Below, piece by piece: positions 1-64,000 of a stretch of DNA of 64,000 nt; the stretch's first letter is position 1, and every line of letters starts with the position of its first letter. A program made the translations under genes and the position numbers. Source of the stretch: the human T2T-CHM13v2.0 reference genome, Homo sapiens; NCBI RefSeq assembly GCF_009914755.1, contig NC_060937.1. One strand, 5' to 3'. Below the pieces are notes generated by a model that ran no database searches, was not told the DNA's origin, and saw only the letters and a program-made list of their open reading frames with translations.

Positions 1-101
1 ATAGAACCTGGGAGCTGGCAATACAAGTCTTCAGGAGAAAATGTAGTTATTTCAGTGAGCACTAGATGGCAGAGCCAACACCCAGGTGGAATAACAGAGG
101 G

Positions 102-104
<3 letters not shown>

Positions 105-139
<35 letters not shown>

Positions 140-180
140 CTGTGTGTGTGTGTGTGTGTGTCAGTGGGGGATGTGTGTGT
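105..180. repeat. (GT)n microsatellite, interrupted
   Basis: Direct inspection. Confidence 0.95.
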
Positions 181-355
181 CTCTGTGTGCCATGAGCTGA
201 CATAATAGAACCATTTTGTCATTCTGTTAAACTCAGTAATTCCTGAACACCACCTAGACTATTTACTTTATTTACTGAAAACAAATGAGAAATTTTAGCT
301 CCTTCAAAAATAGCTCGACTATCATTGACCTGTATTTATTTTTCATTGTTTGAAG

Positions 356-51114
<50,759 letters not shown>

Positions 51115-51324
51115 CTCTGGCACAAGGAAATCAAGATGAAAAGCACTCATTAAGGAATTAAAGTTACAAGTTTTATCTTAATAATATGTAATCTAGAAAA
51201 GCTTTCACATTGAAGATCAACTCTTGTACAAAATTAACAATTCTGTTATTGCATAAGTAATCTAATTGTCTTCAATAAGGTCACACACATAAAAAGAGCC
51301 ATCTGGTCTCTGGCTAGAGTTAGC

Positions 51325-51330
51325 AATAAA
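51325..51330 (+). terminator. Proximal polyadenylation signal AATAAA
   Basis: Canonical hexamer ~210 nt after the stop codon. Confidence 0.55.
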
Positions 51331-52075
51331 AAGTTCAAATGGTTCCAGATTCCAGTGTCAAAGGAGTGATGCATTACACTCCAGCCAGGTCCATCCCTGC
51401 TCCGTATGTTGGCTGTGAGTGGTGGTTTCCATTTAAACCAAGTTTCTCATTTCTTCACCTTTTTTTCTCTAAGAATTTGGATTCGTAGACATTGACATCC
51501 CGAAGAACTGTCAAGGAAGCAAGATATGCTTTCTTCATCTGCAAAAGAAATACTAACAACAATTTTCTTATACAGTTTGGCAGAAAGATGTTAACATAAA
51601 AAGTTTATATACCTCAAAAATCACTAAACTTTCCAGATCTCTGTCCTATTATTTGTAACACAAGGGGCATTGGATAAAATGATTTCTAGGGTTCCTTTTG
51701 CTTCCCAAATTCTCTGATTCTAAAGCAGTTTTTAGAATCATTAGCTCTTTGGAAACATATATGCATACATGTTTGTTAAGCCTATTGAACTAGGTAGGAC
51801 ATATAAACAATTTAATTTTAGTGTCATTGTTTAATCACAGACTTAGTGTTTGAAAACTGTGTTTTAAAAACAGAAACAGATTGATGGGTAACAGGTAAAA
51901 TATGACATGTATAGCTTACATGTTATTATTTGTTAAATTTTCTTTGTATACATTTCAAAATCTGGGTATACTTATAATCCATTAGAAGTAATGGTTATGG
52001 ACTAAAAAGATATGTTCTTTAGTATGTTATATATACTCATATTACATAGCAGTATGTTTACAAAAGGCTTATAAA

Positions 52076-52081
52076 AATAAA
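52076..52081 (+). terminator. Distal polyadenylation signal AATAAA
   Basis: Canonical hexamer followed ~25-40 nt later by a GU/U-rich tract (tttatgtgaagtgtttgt). Confidence 0.65.
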
Positions 52082-53799
52082 ATGAACTATCAGTTACATA
52101 GAATCTTTATGTGAAGTGTTTGTAAATATAATTCACTAACATCAATTTTGTCAATTATAGTGATCACAATCTATTATATTCTCTGCAGCACTAATTTATT
52201 TTTAACTGCTCAAGCTATAGATTTTATTTTTAAGAAACTTTTCTGAAGAAATTGAACATGTAATAATCATGTGAGGAACTAGTATAATTAACATTGGGAA
52301 ATTGAACTTCTAAACCATTTAATTGCATATAGCAACTGTTTCTAGAAAAAAGATGTATGGAACATGGAAGTGGGGGCAGAATTCTAGAGAAGTTTTAAGG
52401 CAGTTGTGGAAAACTGCTATAAACTAGGGAGATTAAAAGATTATCATGTATTTTCCAAATGTTAATACATTCAAAGAATTATTCTTCTGTGTAATAATTT
52501 CATGCCTCTGTTCCTCTTAAAGCCTGGTTCACAAAGTGTTAAACATAAAATGCTTATCAAAATACAGCAATGTATAATTGTTGTCCAATGAAAAGGGAGC
52601 CAGGAAAAACAATTAATAATAATTTTATATTCATTAATTCATGCTTGATGAGAAGCAGTGGTAATTGAGCCACATGTTTTATTGTTCTTTTATTATACGC
52701 TATCAGAGTGATCAAAAGAAATAATTTTCTCAGAGTTGAAATTCACTGCAGAAAAGGATGGATGAAATAGTATCCCTCTCTTTCATATAAAGTATATTAA
52801 CATCTGAATGCTTTTGTAGTAATTAAAATCATCTGAATATCATTTAAAAAGTATAAAAACCTAAAAGGAACACATTTCTCATTTTTCTATAGCTGTTTAA
52901 TTGGCCCTCTCTCCTACAATAATGTATTAAATCAAACCAAAAGCTGTTGTAAAAATGGAATAGACATGAAATGGAGAGAGAAGTGTTTCTGATTCATCAA
53001 GATCACTTCATTATGTCTGGGTTTATTTTCACTATAGAAGTGACAGATTCCCAAAACAACTTACAAGATCTCACATTTTTTGCAGGCTATTAATTATGTT
53101 ATGACTGACACTGTTCCTGGACACAATTGCCTAAATCTAGGGATACTAGATCCTGAATTCTATCACCAATAAAAAGATGTCTCTAAAAGAGAATGAATAG
53201 CTTCATCATGACAATATCCTTCTAAATAAAAGTCAAAGACATATAATAATCTCAGAAATAGTATAGTATAAAATGATATTCTCTCCTTTAATAAGGCCAA
53301 GAAATAAGAATTTATTCAAGAAGTAATATGTATATCTTAATGGTTTGATTGCAGTCACTCTACTTATTAGATATGAGTGATGAGATGGTCCAGCTATCAC
53401 TACTGTGCATTCCCTGACTTGTTTACTATGATAGAAAATTGTGAGTGTTTGGAACATTCAGCTTGATAAAGAACTCTACCAAAACAAGTAACTGTTGGGT
53501 CTACATCATGGCAAACTAAAAAGGATGTTGGTTTTTTTTTTTTTTTGGTACTACTGAATTTGCTGGTTATTTTGATACAACGTAAATAAATTGCTGTTAA
53601 AGTTCCCCCTATTCCCTAGTGCTCAACAGTTCCCAGAGCCACCTATAAATATGTGTATAACATGGGCAAGCCATATTCCCTTTTGGCCCCATTCCCTACT
53701 GTTTAAACTATGGGGTTTAGAATATCGACTCTTGAATGTTTCCACCAACTCAAATATCACATGACTATGAATCTATTCCTGCTACTTATCCGGTTCTTA

Positions 53800-54391
<592 letters not shown>

Positions 54392-56496
54392 TCATTAATA
54401 CATTTAAATGCCCAATTATTCTAGGTTCCTTAGAAAAAATGCATGGTTTATAATCTATCATCGTTCATTCATTTATTCATTTGTTCTGTTATTCAATAAC
54501 TTAAAAAAAGACCTACGTTCTAGGTCCCAGGTATAACCCAAACAGTCAAGGTTCCTGACCTCATGAAACTTACATTCTAAAGCCAGCAGGAGGTGGAGGA
54601 GGAGTTTGAAAGTCAGAAAACAAATTAATACAATAATTCTGAAATTGATAAGACTTATGAATGAGTGAAATACAGTGACTAGGTGAAGGGGTAGTTTTAG
54701 AAATAAAGTGGTCAGGTGAGGAGGTAATATTTCAAATCAGATCTGGATGATGGGAAGGAGTCAGCCTGGGAAAAAGCCATCCAGGAGAAGATGTCTTAGA
54801 ATTGGCCCAAATCAGGCCATTTGTCTGGGCTAAACTGAACCTTGCTTCTTTTAAATGTAATGAGATGGAAGTTCAAAGGTGCCAGGAGACAGAGACCAGT
54901 CAAAAGATTTGTAAGTTTCCTCTATTTGTAAGACTTGTAAGTTTCCTCTATTATATGGTTACACGGGGAGCCATGTAAGACAAAAATCAGATATTACTCA
55001 GACTGCTTTCAATTCTCTGCCATGGTGGGTTACCCAAATGGCTGCTGAGTCCTGGACTTCAGGCTGAAGTTGCTTACGTGGGCCCAGGAAGGCTCTGGTG
55101 ACTATTTCAAAGGTGGGATGAGTAAGGTCTGAACCAACCTCCATCTTGAGGGGAAGTAATGGATCCTGTATGACATTTCCACTCCTCATCTGAGGCCCTA
55201 AGGATCATATCCCTTTCTGTTTTCCAAATAGAAACATTAAACAGTAAGGCAGCATCATTTCACATTTAGGAGAGACTTCTCATAGGAATTTTATAAACGT
55301 GTTATTTTCCTTTGTTAAAATATGAATAATGCATCTGGAAGAAAGAAACTTTTTTCTTGGTATAACTTTCTTAATAGCTGAAATGAAGTAATTTTACCTA
55401 TTTTCCTAAGACAAAAGGAAAGATTGTGAGCTTTAGGGGTCCTTCAGCTCATAAAGGCAAACCGAATTGAAAGTCTCCCACAAGAAAGTGTTTAGGCCCT
55501 AAGTCCAGTGAACTTCAGCGTGACTTAGGAAATACTAAAGACATAGAAAGACTGCCAGGAGGCTGGAATTAGGAGGCTGGAATGAGCATGAAGAGATGAG
55601 GCTGAAGAAACAGGCAAGAGGCTGGTCATCATAAATTCATAATGCATCCTTAAAGATATACATCATTAAGTGAATGTTGAAATTTGGTAGAATTCATTTA
55701 TGCCTTTTAGATTTGTATCATTAAAATATTGAGTATGATTGATTTCACAAACAGGTTAAAATTATATTAAGACAAATATAGTCAACTGATTTTTGACAAA
55801 GGCACAAAGGCAATTCAATGGAGAAAGAAAGAGTCTTTAAAAATGGCATTGGTGCTGGAAAAATTGGATACTCAAATGCAAAAACAACGTAAACAAACAA
55901 AACCTACACACAGACCTTACACCTTTCACAAAGATTGACTCAAAATGGATCACAGACTTAAATGTAAAATGCAAAATTATAAAACTTCTAGAATAACACA
56001 GGAGAAAAGCAACATGAGTTTTTAGATACATCACCAAAAGCATGCTCTATAAAAAATGGTTGTATATAAGTTGAAATTTGTTAAAACTAAAAACTTCTGC
56101 TCTGTGAAAGACATTGTTAAGAGAATAAAATATAAGCCACCAACTGGAAGAAAATATTTGCAAACAGATACCTGATTAGAAACTTGTCCCTAGTATATAA
56201 AAATAATTCTTAAAACTCAACATAAGAAAACAAAAAACTTAGTTTAAAAAAAATGGGCAGAAGACCTGAACAGACACCTCACCAGAGAAGATATACAGAT
56301 GTCAAATAAGCATATGAAAGATGCCCAGCAACATTTGTCACTAGGAAAATGCAAATTGAAACAACAAGGAGATACTACTATATGCTTATTAGAATAGCTA
56401 AAATCTAAAAACTGATAATATCAATTGTTAGCAAGTACTCAGAGCGATAGGGATTCTCATATTCATTGTTACAGGAATGCAAAATGGTATAGCCAC

Positions 56497-57222
<726 letters not shown>

Positions 57223-59583
57223 TCCACCTCAGAAAACAGTTTGGCAGTTTCTTAAAAAGCTAAACATAGTCTTAAAATATGATCCAGAAATTATCCTCCC
57301 AGGTATTTACCCAAATGATTTGATAACTTATATGCATACAAAAAGCTGTACATAGATATTTATAGCAATTTTATTTATAATAATAAACAACTGGAAGAAA
57401 TCAAGTTGTCCTTCAATAAAGAAGTAGCTCAACATACTGTGGTATATCTATACAATGGAATAATATTCAGCAATGAAAAGGAATAAACTACTTAGTCTAT
57501 AGAAATATGAATATATCTCAACTGCCTATTGCTAAGTGAATGAAGACTCCATACTCTATGATTTCATTTATATAAGTCTGAAAAAGACTCCATACTGTGT
57601 GATTTCATTTATATAACATTCTAGAAAAGGCAAAACCATAGAGACAGTAGACAGATCAATGGTTGCTAGGGATTCAGGGAAAGTGTGTGTGTTGGGGGTG
57701 GTGGTGCAGATGGAGAGTTGAATAAGTGAAGCACAGGGAGTTTCTTAGGGCAATAGAACTAATAGAGTATTCTGTGTGATACTCTAATAATGAATACATG
57801 ACACTGTGTCTTCATCAAAACCCACAGAACTTTACAGTACAAAGAATGAACTCTAATAATAGACAAATTGAAAATATCATTTAGGAGGTCAGGGGCAGGG
57901 GATTTCAACATGAAATGCAGAATGTGACAAAAGAGTCTAATGATACAGTATCACTAAAAGGTAAGGGGGAAAAGGTCTTGACCTAAGTGACTTTGAAAAT
58001 GAGTAAAGATTGTAAGACTGAAGGCAAAGCAACTGTATACTGACGTTGTACTCTAGTTGATAAAGTTCTTTCCCATGGGCATAAGGGTTAACAACTCTGA
58101 AACCACTATACATGTATCCTGGAATTGAACAGTTAAGTAAATGGATAGCAGATTGTGGGAGCCAGGCTTTTCACTGTTGCAATTGATGGTTATGGATAAG
58201 CAAGCAAAGGAGGCTAGAATGATCCATGCGGCAATGAAAAAGAGTTGGAATTATCAGTATGAACTCATGTTGGTTTAATACAGATGCAGATGGTTATATA
58301 TAGACATTTGTAGGTATGTGTATATAAATATCTATATCAGTTACCATACATATATGTATTTCCTTGCTCTCTCAGATGAGAATGCCTAGAAGCCATGAAA
58401 CTCCAGTGGCAGTGAGCATATCTTGCATTCAGGTCTTGATTTCTCATACCATCCCCCATAGAAGGAACCAGCACTCTGGCGATATGGCTGGTTCTTGGAC
58501 TAGAGCAGGATGTACATAAGATAAACCTGGAGCATCTTATAGTGCCAGAAAATAAGGAAGAGCTCAAACACACACATATGCACACAAAATGATGTGAACA
58601 TGTTAAAGGGACATAGAGAAGTCAACTGAAAGAGCTCCCAATGGCCAAACCTGGGAACAATTTGAGCAACAAAATAAATTATGTAGTATTGAATTATAAC
58701 CCAAAGTATAAAATAAATATCCATGAGGCTATGATGGTGTAAGTAAATAATGGAATAAATAAATAAATGGAGAAGAAGACAGAAATCTCCCATGTGAAGA
58801 ATTCCAAATAATTTATGTAGCTATCCCATTGTTAAGGAGATGGAACATAACTCTCCACTCCTAAAGTATGAGCTGTGCATAGTGACTTCCTTCCAAAGAG
58901 CACAGTATGGAAAGAAGGGGGAAAAGAGTAACTTTATGGTGGAGAAACCTGACAAACACTTCCTCAGCCAAGTGATCAGGATTAACATCAACAGTAATAA
59001 ATCATATCACTGGCACATACCCTCAATATGATGTGTTAGAAGTGGCCCTATACCTCTGCATTCTTCTTCCTTGAAATGCATAACTCCAGTCTAATCATGA
59101 GATAAATATCCTTGAAACCCATAACTCTAGTCAAATCATGAGATAAACATCAGAAATACCTTAACTGAGGGCCCAGTACTCCTCAAAATTGTTAAGGTTA
59201 TCAAAAACAAGAAAGTCTGAGAAACTGTCATAACCAAGAAGAGGCTAAGGAGATATGACAACTAAATGTAATATGGTATCCTGGATGGGATCCTGGAATG
59301 GAAAAAAAAGACATTAGGTAAAAACTAAGCGAATCTGAATAAAATACAGATTTTAGTTTATAATGGGTTTATCAATTATGACAGATGTACGATACTGATG
59401 TTGGATGTTAATAATACGGGAACCTGAGTGTGGGGTACACAAGACCTGTATACTATCTTCACAGTTTTTTTGTATGTCAAGAACTACTCTAAAATATAGT
59501 TTTTAAAATAAATCAAATTGAAAAATTAGTACGAAAACCTCTATGCCATTTCACTATTGCTAGGCATGTAAACATTTAGATAT

Positions 59584-60075
59584 TGTATTAGGTAGAGTAC
59601 AGGCTAAGCTTCTGTAACAATGAGATTCAGAAAGACAGTGGCTCCAAACACATAGAAATTTATTTTTCTCCCCACATAACAGTCCAGAATTAGGTTGTGG
59701 TCCAGGGAAGGCAAGCAGCTCTGTTTCTAGTTCATCCAGGGATGCAGGTTCCTTCTGTCTTATTGCTCCACCATCCCCTAGCAAGCTGCTTTCAATACCA
59801 GGTCAAAGCAGGCTCTCCAGCTCTGCTTCCCCTTTCCAGCATTCAGGCAAGGGGGAGTGGAAAGCAGCCATCTTCCTTTCTAAGGATGTGACACAAAAGT
59901 TGCACATGATTTCCACTCACATCTCATTTGACATACCTTGGGACACTTGACTAGGTGTAGTTGCACAAGAGAATGAAATGTAGTCTCTAGCTATGAGTTT
60001 CCATTACATTTAAGGAGTTTCTATTACTAAAGGAAGAAAGCAGAATGAATATTGGGAATAAAGAGCAATATCTGT
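59584..60075 (-). mobile_element. Old MLT1-type LTR
   Basis: tgtattagg...gtaacaa...acagtggctccaaacacatagaaatttattt motifs. Confidence 0.55.
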
Positions 60076-60995
60076 TAAAAAAAAAAAAAAAAACTGTTTC
60101 TAGAGTTGCTTGTGCAAGTACCCAAGTCCACCTTTCTTCCTACACACATAACTCTCCTCAAGGAAGACATCTCTAAGTCCCATTCAATTACCCATCCAGC
60201 TAACAGGCTAGGAATTCTGGTTGACCCTTAGTGCCCTCTGTTAGGTGCTGATATGACTTCTTCCAGTCCAGAGACCTATAGACTGAAATATGAGTTATCT
60301 ATCCTCCCAGGTGCCCAATACATGTCTGTGGAGTAGGAACAAGATAATCACAATGAGAACTCTCATTCAGAAAAGGGAAGGATGGAGATTAGCAGTCTGT
60401 GGTCTGTGTTAGCTAACAATTTTGCCAGGCAGTAATTATGAAAAGTTTCCTCTGGTATTAAGTTCCTGGGTTTGACCTGATTCTGCTGTCTGAGAGGGAC
60501 GCCTTTGTCCGCTTGCCTCCATGGTCACACCTGAGGTGGACGTTGGAGAGTTTGGCCTCCTTGTGGCTGCACAGCTTTTATGACCTGCTTTCTACAGGTG
60601 TGGGTTTGGGGACAGAAAAGTTACTTCAGGGTGAGAGGAGGGAATGGCAAACTATCACAGCTTCTGTAAGTCTGGTTTATGTTTTATTTTTAAGCAGTAC
60701 AATCTGCTCAAAAATGTAATAGACTTCTAGTCTATTTCCTTCTAGTCAGTTCCATATGAGGGAAACCTTAGCAAAGGCCTTAGGTGGTCATAGTTCTTCC
60801 ATCTGCAGACTTTTCTCTTTTATTTGCTGGCTTCCATGCTTGGCTCATCCCTCTCTCCCTCAATTGAATGATCTTTGCAGGTGAGTTGATTCCCACTGTT
60901 TGAGGAAAAGCACTTAATGGAAGGCCCTGCATGAGTTTCTGAGGGACAGTGATATCTTTTGCTCTTTGTCATAAAGTTGTAGTTGGATATCCTAG

Positions 60996-61414
60996 TTTAT
61001 TAATCCATTCTTGCATTGGCATAAAGAAATACCTGAGACTGGGTAATTTATAAAGAAAAGAGGTTTGTCTCACAGTTCCATAGGCTGTACAGGAAGCATA
61101 ATGCTGACATCTGCTCAGCTTCTGGGAAGGCCTTAGGAGACTTACAATTATGGAGGAAGGCAAAGGGGGAGTGAGGCAGCTCACATGGTGGGAGCAGGAG
61201 CAAGAAAGAGAAAGTGGGGAGGTACTACACACTTTTAAACAACCAGATCTCATGAGAACTCACTATGTTGAAGACAACACCAAGGGGGATGGTGCTAAAC
61301 CATTCATGAGAAACTGCCCCCATGATCCAATCACCTCCCACCAGGCCCCACCTCCAACACTGGGAATTACATTTCAACATGAGATTTAGTGGGGGCACAG
61401 ATCAAAACCATATC
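60996..61414 (-). mobile_element. MSTA/B-type MaLR LTR
   Basis: ataaagaaatacctgagactgggtaattt...aaaaccatatca. Confidence 0.88.
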
Positions 61415-61452
61415 ATCTAGCTTGGTTAAATCCTCAATCACTGGACTCCCAG

Positions 61453-61499
<47 letters not shown>
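61453..61499. repeat. (TCTA)n tetranucleotide STR at the L1 tail
   Basis: About 11 perfect units. Confidence 0.95.
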
Positions 61500-64000
61500 G
61501 ATAGATAATAGATGTACATATATTCAGGGTACATGTGATAATTTGATACATTCATATAACCTATAAAGATCAAATCAGGGTAACTGGGGTATTGACCATC
61601 TTGAATATTTATCTTTTGTATATGTGAGAAACATTTGGATTATTCTCTTCTAGCTTTTTGAAATGTACAAAGACTTATGATTGTTAATTATAGTCACCCT
61701 ACTGATCTATTGAACACCAGGTCTTATTTCTTCTATCTAACTATATATTTGTACCCATTAAACAACCTCTCTTCATCCTCCCCTTCTGCCAACCCTTCCT
61801 GGCCTCTGGTAACCACCAAAATACTCTCTATCTTCATGAGAACCACTTTTTTTAGCTCCCAATTATGAGTGAGAGCATGTGATATTTGTCTTTCTATGCT
61901 TGGCTTATCTCACTTAACATAATGACCTCCAGGTCCATTCATGTTGTTGCAAGTGACAAGATCTGATTCTTTTTTATATCTAATATCATATATATGTATA
62001 TATACATATATATATATAATTTTCTTCATTCATTCATTGATAGGCTTTTAGGTTTATTCTATATTTTGGCTACTTTGAATAGTGCTGCAGTAAACATGAT
62101 AGTGCAGATATCTCTTCAATATGTTGATTTCCTTTCTTTTGGCTATCTACCCAATAATGGAATTGCTGAATTATATAGTAGTTCTATTTTTAAATTTTTA
62201 AGGGACCTCCATACTGTTTCCTAGAGCGGCTGTACTAATTTACATTCCCATCAACAGTGTAGGAGGGTTCCTTCCCCTTTCTCCACATCCGCAGCAGAAT
62301 CAACTGGTCCCTCTCTTTTTTATAAAAGCCACTTTAACTGGGATGAGATGATACCACGTTGTAGTTTTAATTTGCATTTCTCTGAAGATTAGTGATGTAC
62401 ATTTTTTCATATACCTATTGGACATTTGTATGTCTTTTTCTGAAAAATGGTCAGATCTTTAGTCCATTATTAAGTCAGATTATTAGATTTTTCCTGTTTG
62501 AGCTCCTTATATAGTCTAGTTATTAATCTCTTGTCAGCTGGATAGTTTGCAAATACTTTATCCCATTCTGTGGGTTGTCTCTTCACTTTGTTCTCTTTCC
62601 TTTGCTGTACAGAAGCTTTTTAGCTTGGTGTACTCCCATTTATCTAAGTATGCTTATGTCACCTGTGCTTTTGAGGTCTTATACAAAAAATGTTTGCCCC
62701 AACCGATGTTACAGATAATTTCCCGAATGTTTTCTTCTAGTAATCTCATAATTTCATGTCTTAGATTTAAGTCTTTAATCTATTTTTATTTGATTTTGTA
62801 TATGGTGAGAGATAGGTTTCTGGTTTCATTCTTCCTCATATGAATATTCAGTTTTCCCAGCACGATTTATTGAAGAGACTGTTCTTTCCCATTGTTCTTG
62901 GTGCCTTTGTTGAAAATGAATTAGCTGTAAATGTATGGATTTATAGCTGGGTTCTCTGTTCTGTTCCATTGGTCTAGATGCCTGTTTATATGCCAGTACC
63001 ATGTTGATTTGGTTATTATAGCTTTGTAATATATTTTGAAGTCAGGAAGTGTGATGCCTACAGCTTTGTTCCTTTTCCTCAGGATTGCTTTGGCTATTCC
63101 TGGGTTACTTGGGGTATTTTGTGGTTCCATATAAATTTTAGGATTTTTTTTCTATTTCTGTGAATAATGTCCTTGGTAATTTGATTGGGATTGCATTGAA
63201 TCTGTAAATTGTTTTGAGTAATATTGATATACAAATTTAGCAGTATTAATTCTTCTAATCCCTGATCATGGAATAGCTTTCCAAATTTTGTGTCCTCTTC
63301 AATTCCTTTTACCAAAGTTTTATAGTTTTCCTTGTAGAGATCTTTCACTTCTTTGGTTAATTCCTAGGTATTTTACATTCTTTGTCATTATTGTAATTGG
63401 AATTATTTTCCTGATTTCTTTTTCATATTGTTTGCTCTTGGTGTATATAAATGTCACTGATTTTTTGTATGTTGATTTTGCATCCTGCAACTTTACTGAA
63501 TTCATTTATCGGTTCTACCCACTTTTTGGCTAAGTCATTAGGATTTTTAAAATATAAATCTTGTAATCTGTGAACAAGGCTAATTTGACTTCTTCCTTTT
63601 CAATTTGGATGCCCTTTCTTTCTTTTCTTTTCTTTTTTTCTTTTTTTTTTTTTGCCTAATTGCTCTGTCCAGGACTTCTAGTACTATGCTGAATAAAAGT
63701 GGTAAAAGTGGGCATCTTTTTCTTGTTCTAGATCTTAGAGAAAAGGCTTTTAATTTTTTTCCCATTCAATATAATGTTTGCTGTGGGCTGATAAGAGATA
63801 TATTGAGATATCTTCCCTTCTATAACCAGTTTTTTAGGATGTTGATCATAAAGGGATATTGAATTTTATGAAATGTTTTTTAGAATCTATTGAAATAATA
63901 TGGTTTTAGATATAGATATAGTCTATTCTGGAGAATGTTCCATGTGCTGATGAAAAGAATGTGTATTCTATGACATTTGACTGAAATGCTCTGTAAATGT
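61500..64000 (-). mobile_element. L1 (old L1MA/PB type) 3' portion with ORF2 remnants
   Basis: Minus-strand ORF fragments such as [13 protein letters not shown]...[12 protein letters not shown] and KYLGIN are LINE-1 ORF2 motifs, broken by stops and frameshifts. Confidence 0.93.

Larger units (their letters stand above)
51115..52100 (+). other. SCEL: SCEL 3'UTR (3' end approximate)
   Basis: Repeat-free AU-rich sequence after the stop, ending near AATAAA at 52076-52081. Confidence 0.7.

Noticed and set aside
62547-63862. ORFs with recognisable protein motifs near the window end
   Set aside because: Fragments of a dead LINE-1 ORF2 and its antisense; frameshifted and non-functional.

Overview
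Human/primate genomic DNA containing the 3' two-thirds of the sciellin gene (SCEL) on the + strand. There are 22 coding exons: 17 short phase-2/phase-2 exons (45-63 nt, mostly 60 nt) each encoding one ~20-aa 'QDLDNLIKVNP' repeat, two linker exons, two LIM-domain exons, and a terminal exon ending ...AKWIP* followed by a ~1 kb 3'UTR. Downstream is repeat-rich intergenic DNA (old L1, MaLR LTRs, Alus). None of the supplied ORFs is a gene on its own; a few merely overlap a true exon. The most interesting signal is a set of extra repeat-exon copies hidden in the introns. One is a frame-intact 60-nt copy with a GC donor (7529-7588). Several are decayed copies (about 2379, 8238, 8625, 9296, 13244, 20237 and weaker ones). 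Together they look like a fossil record of birth-and-death evolution of symmetric exons. Also present: a Y3 RNA retropseudogene, a young AluYb8, head-to-head MaLR LTRs and an unexplained 25-nt direct repeat. Exon coordinates were read by hand; repeat family and subfamily calls are by eye and approximate.
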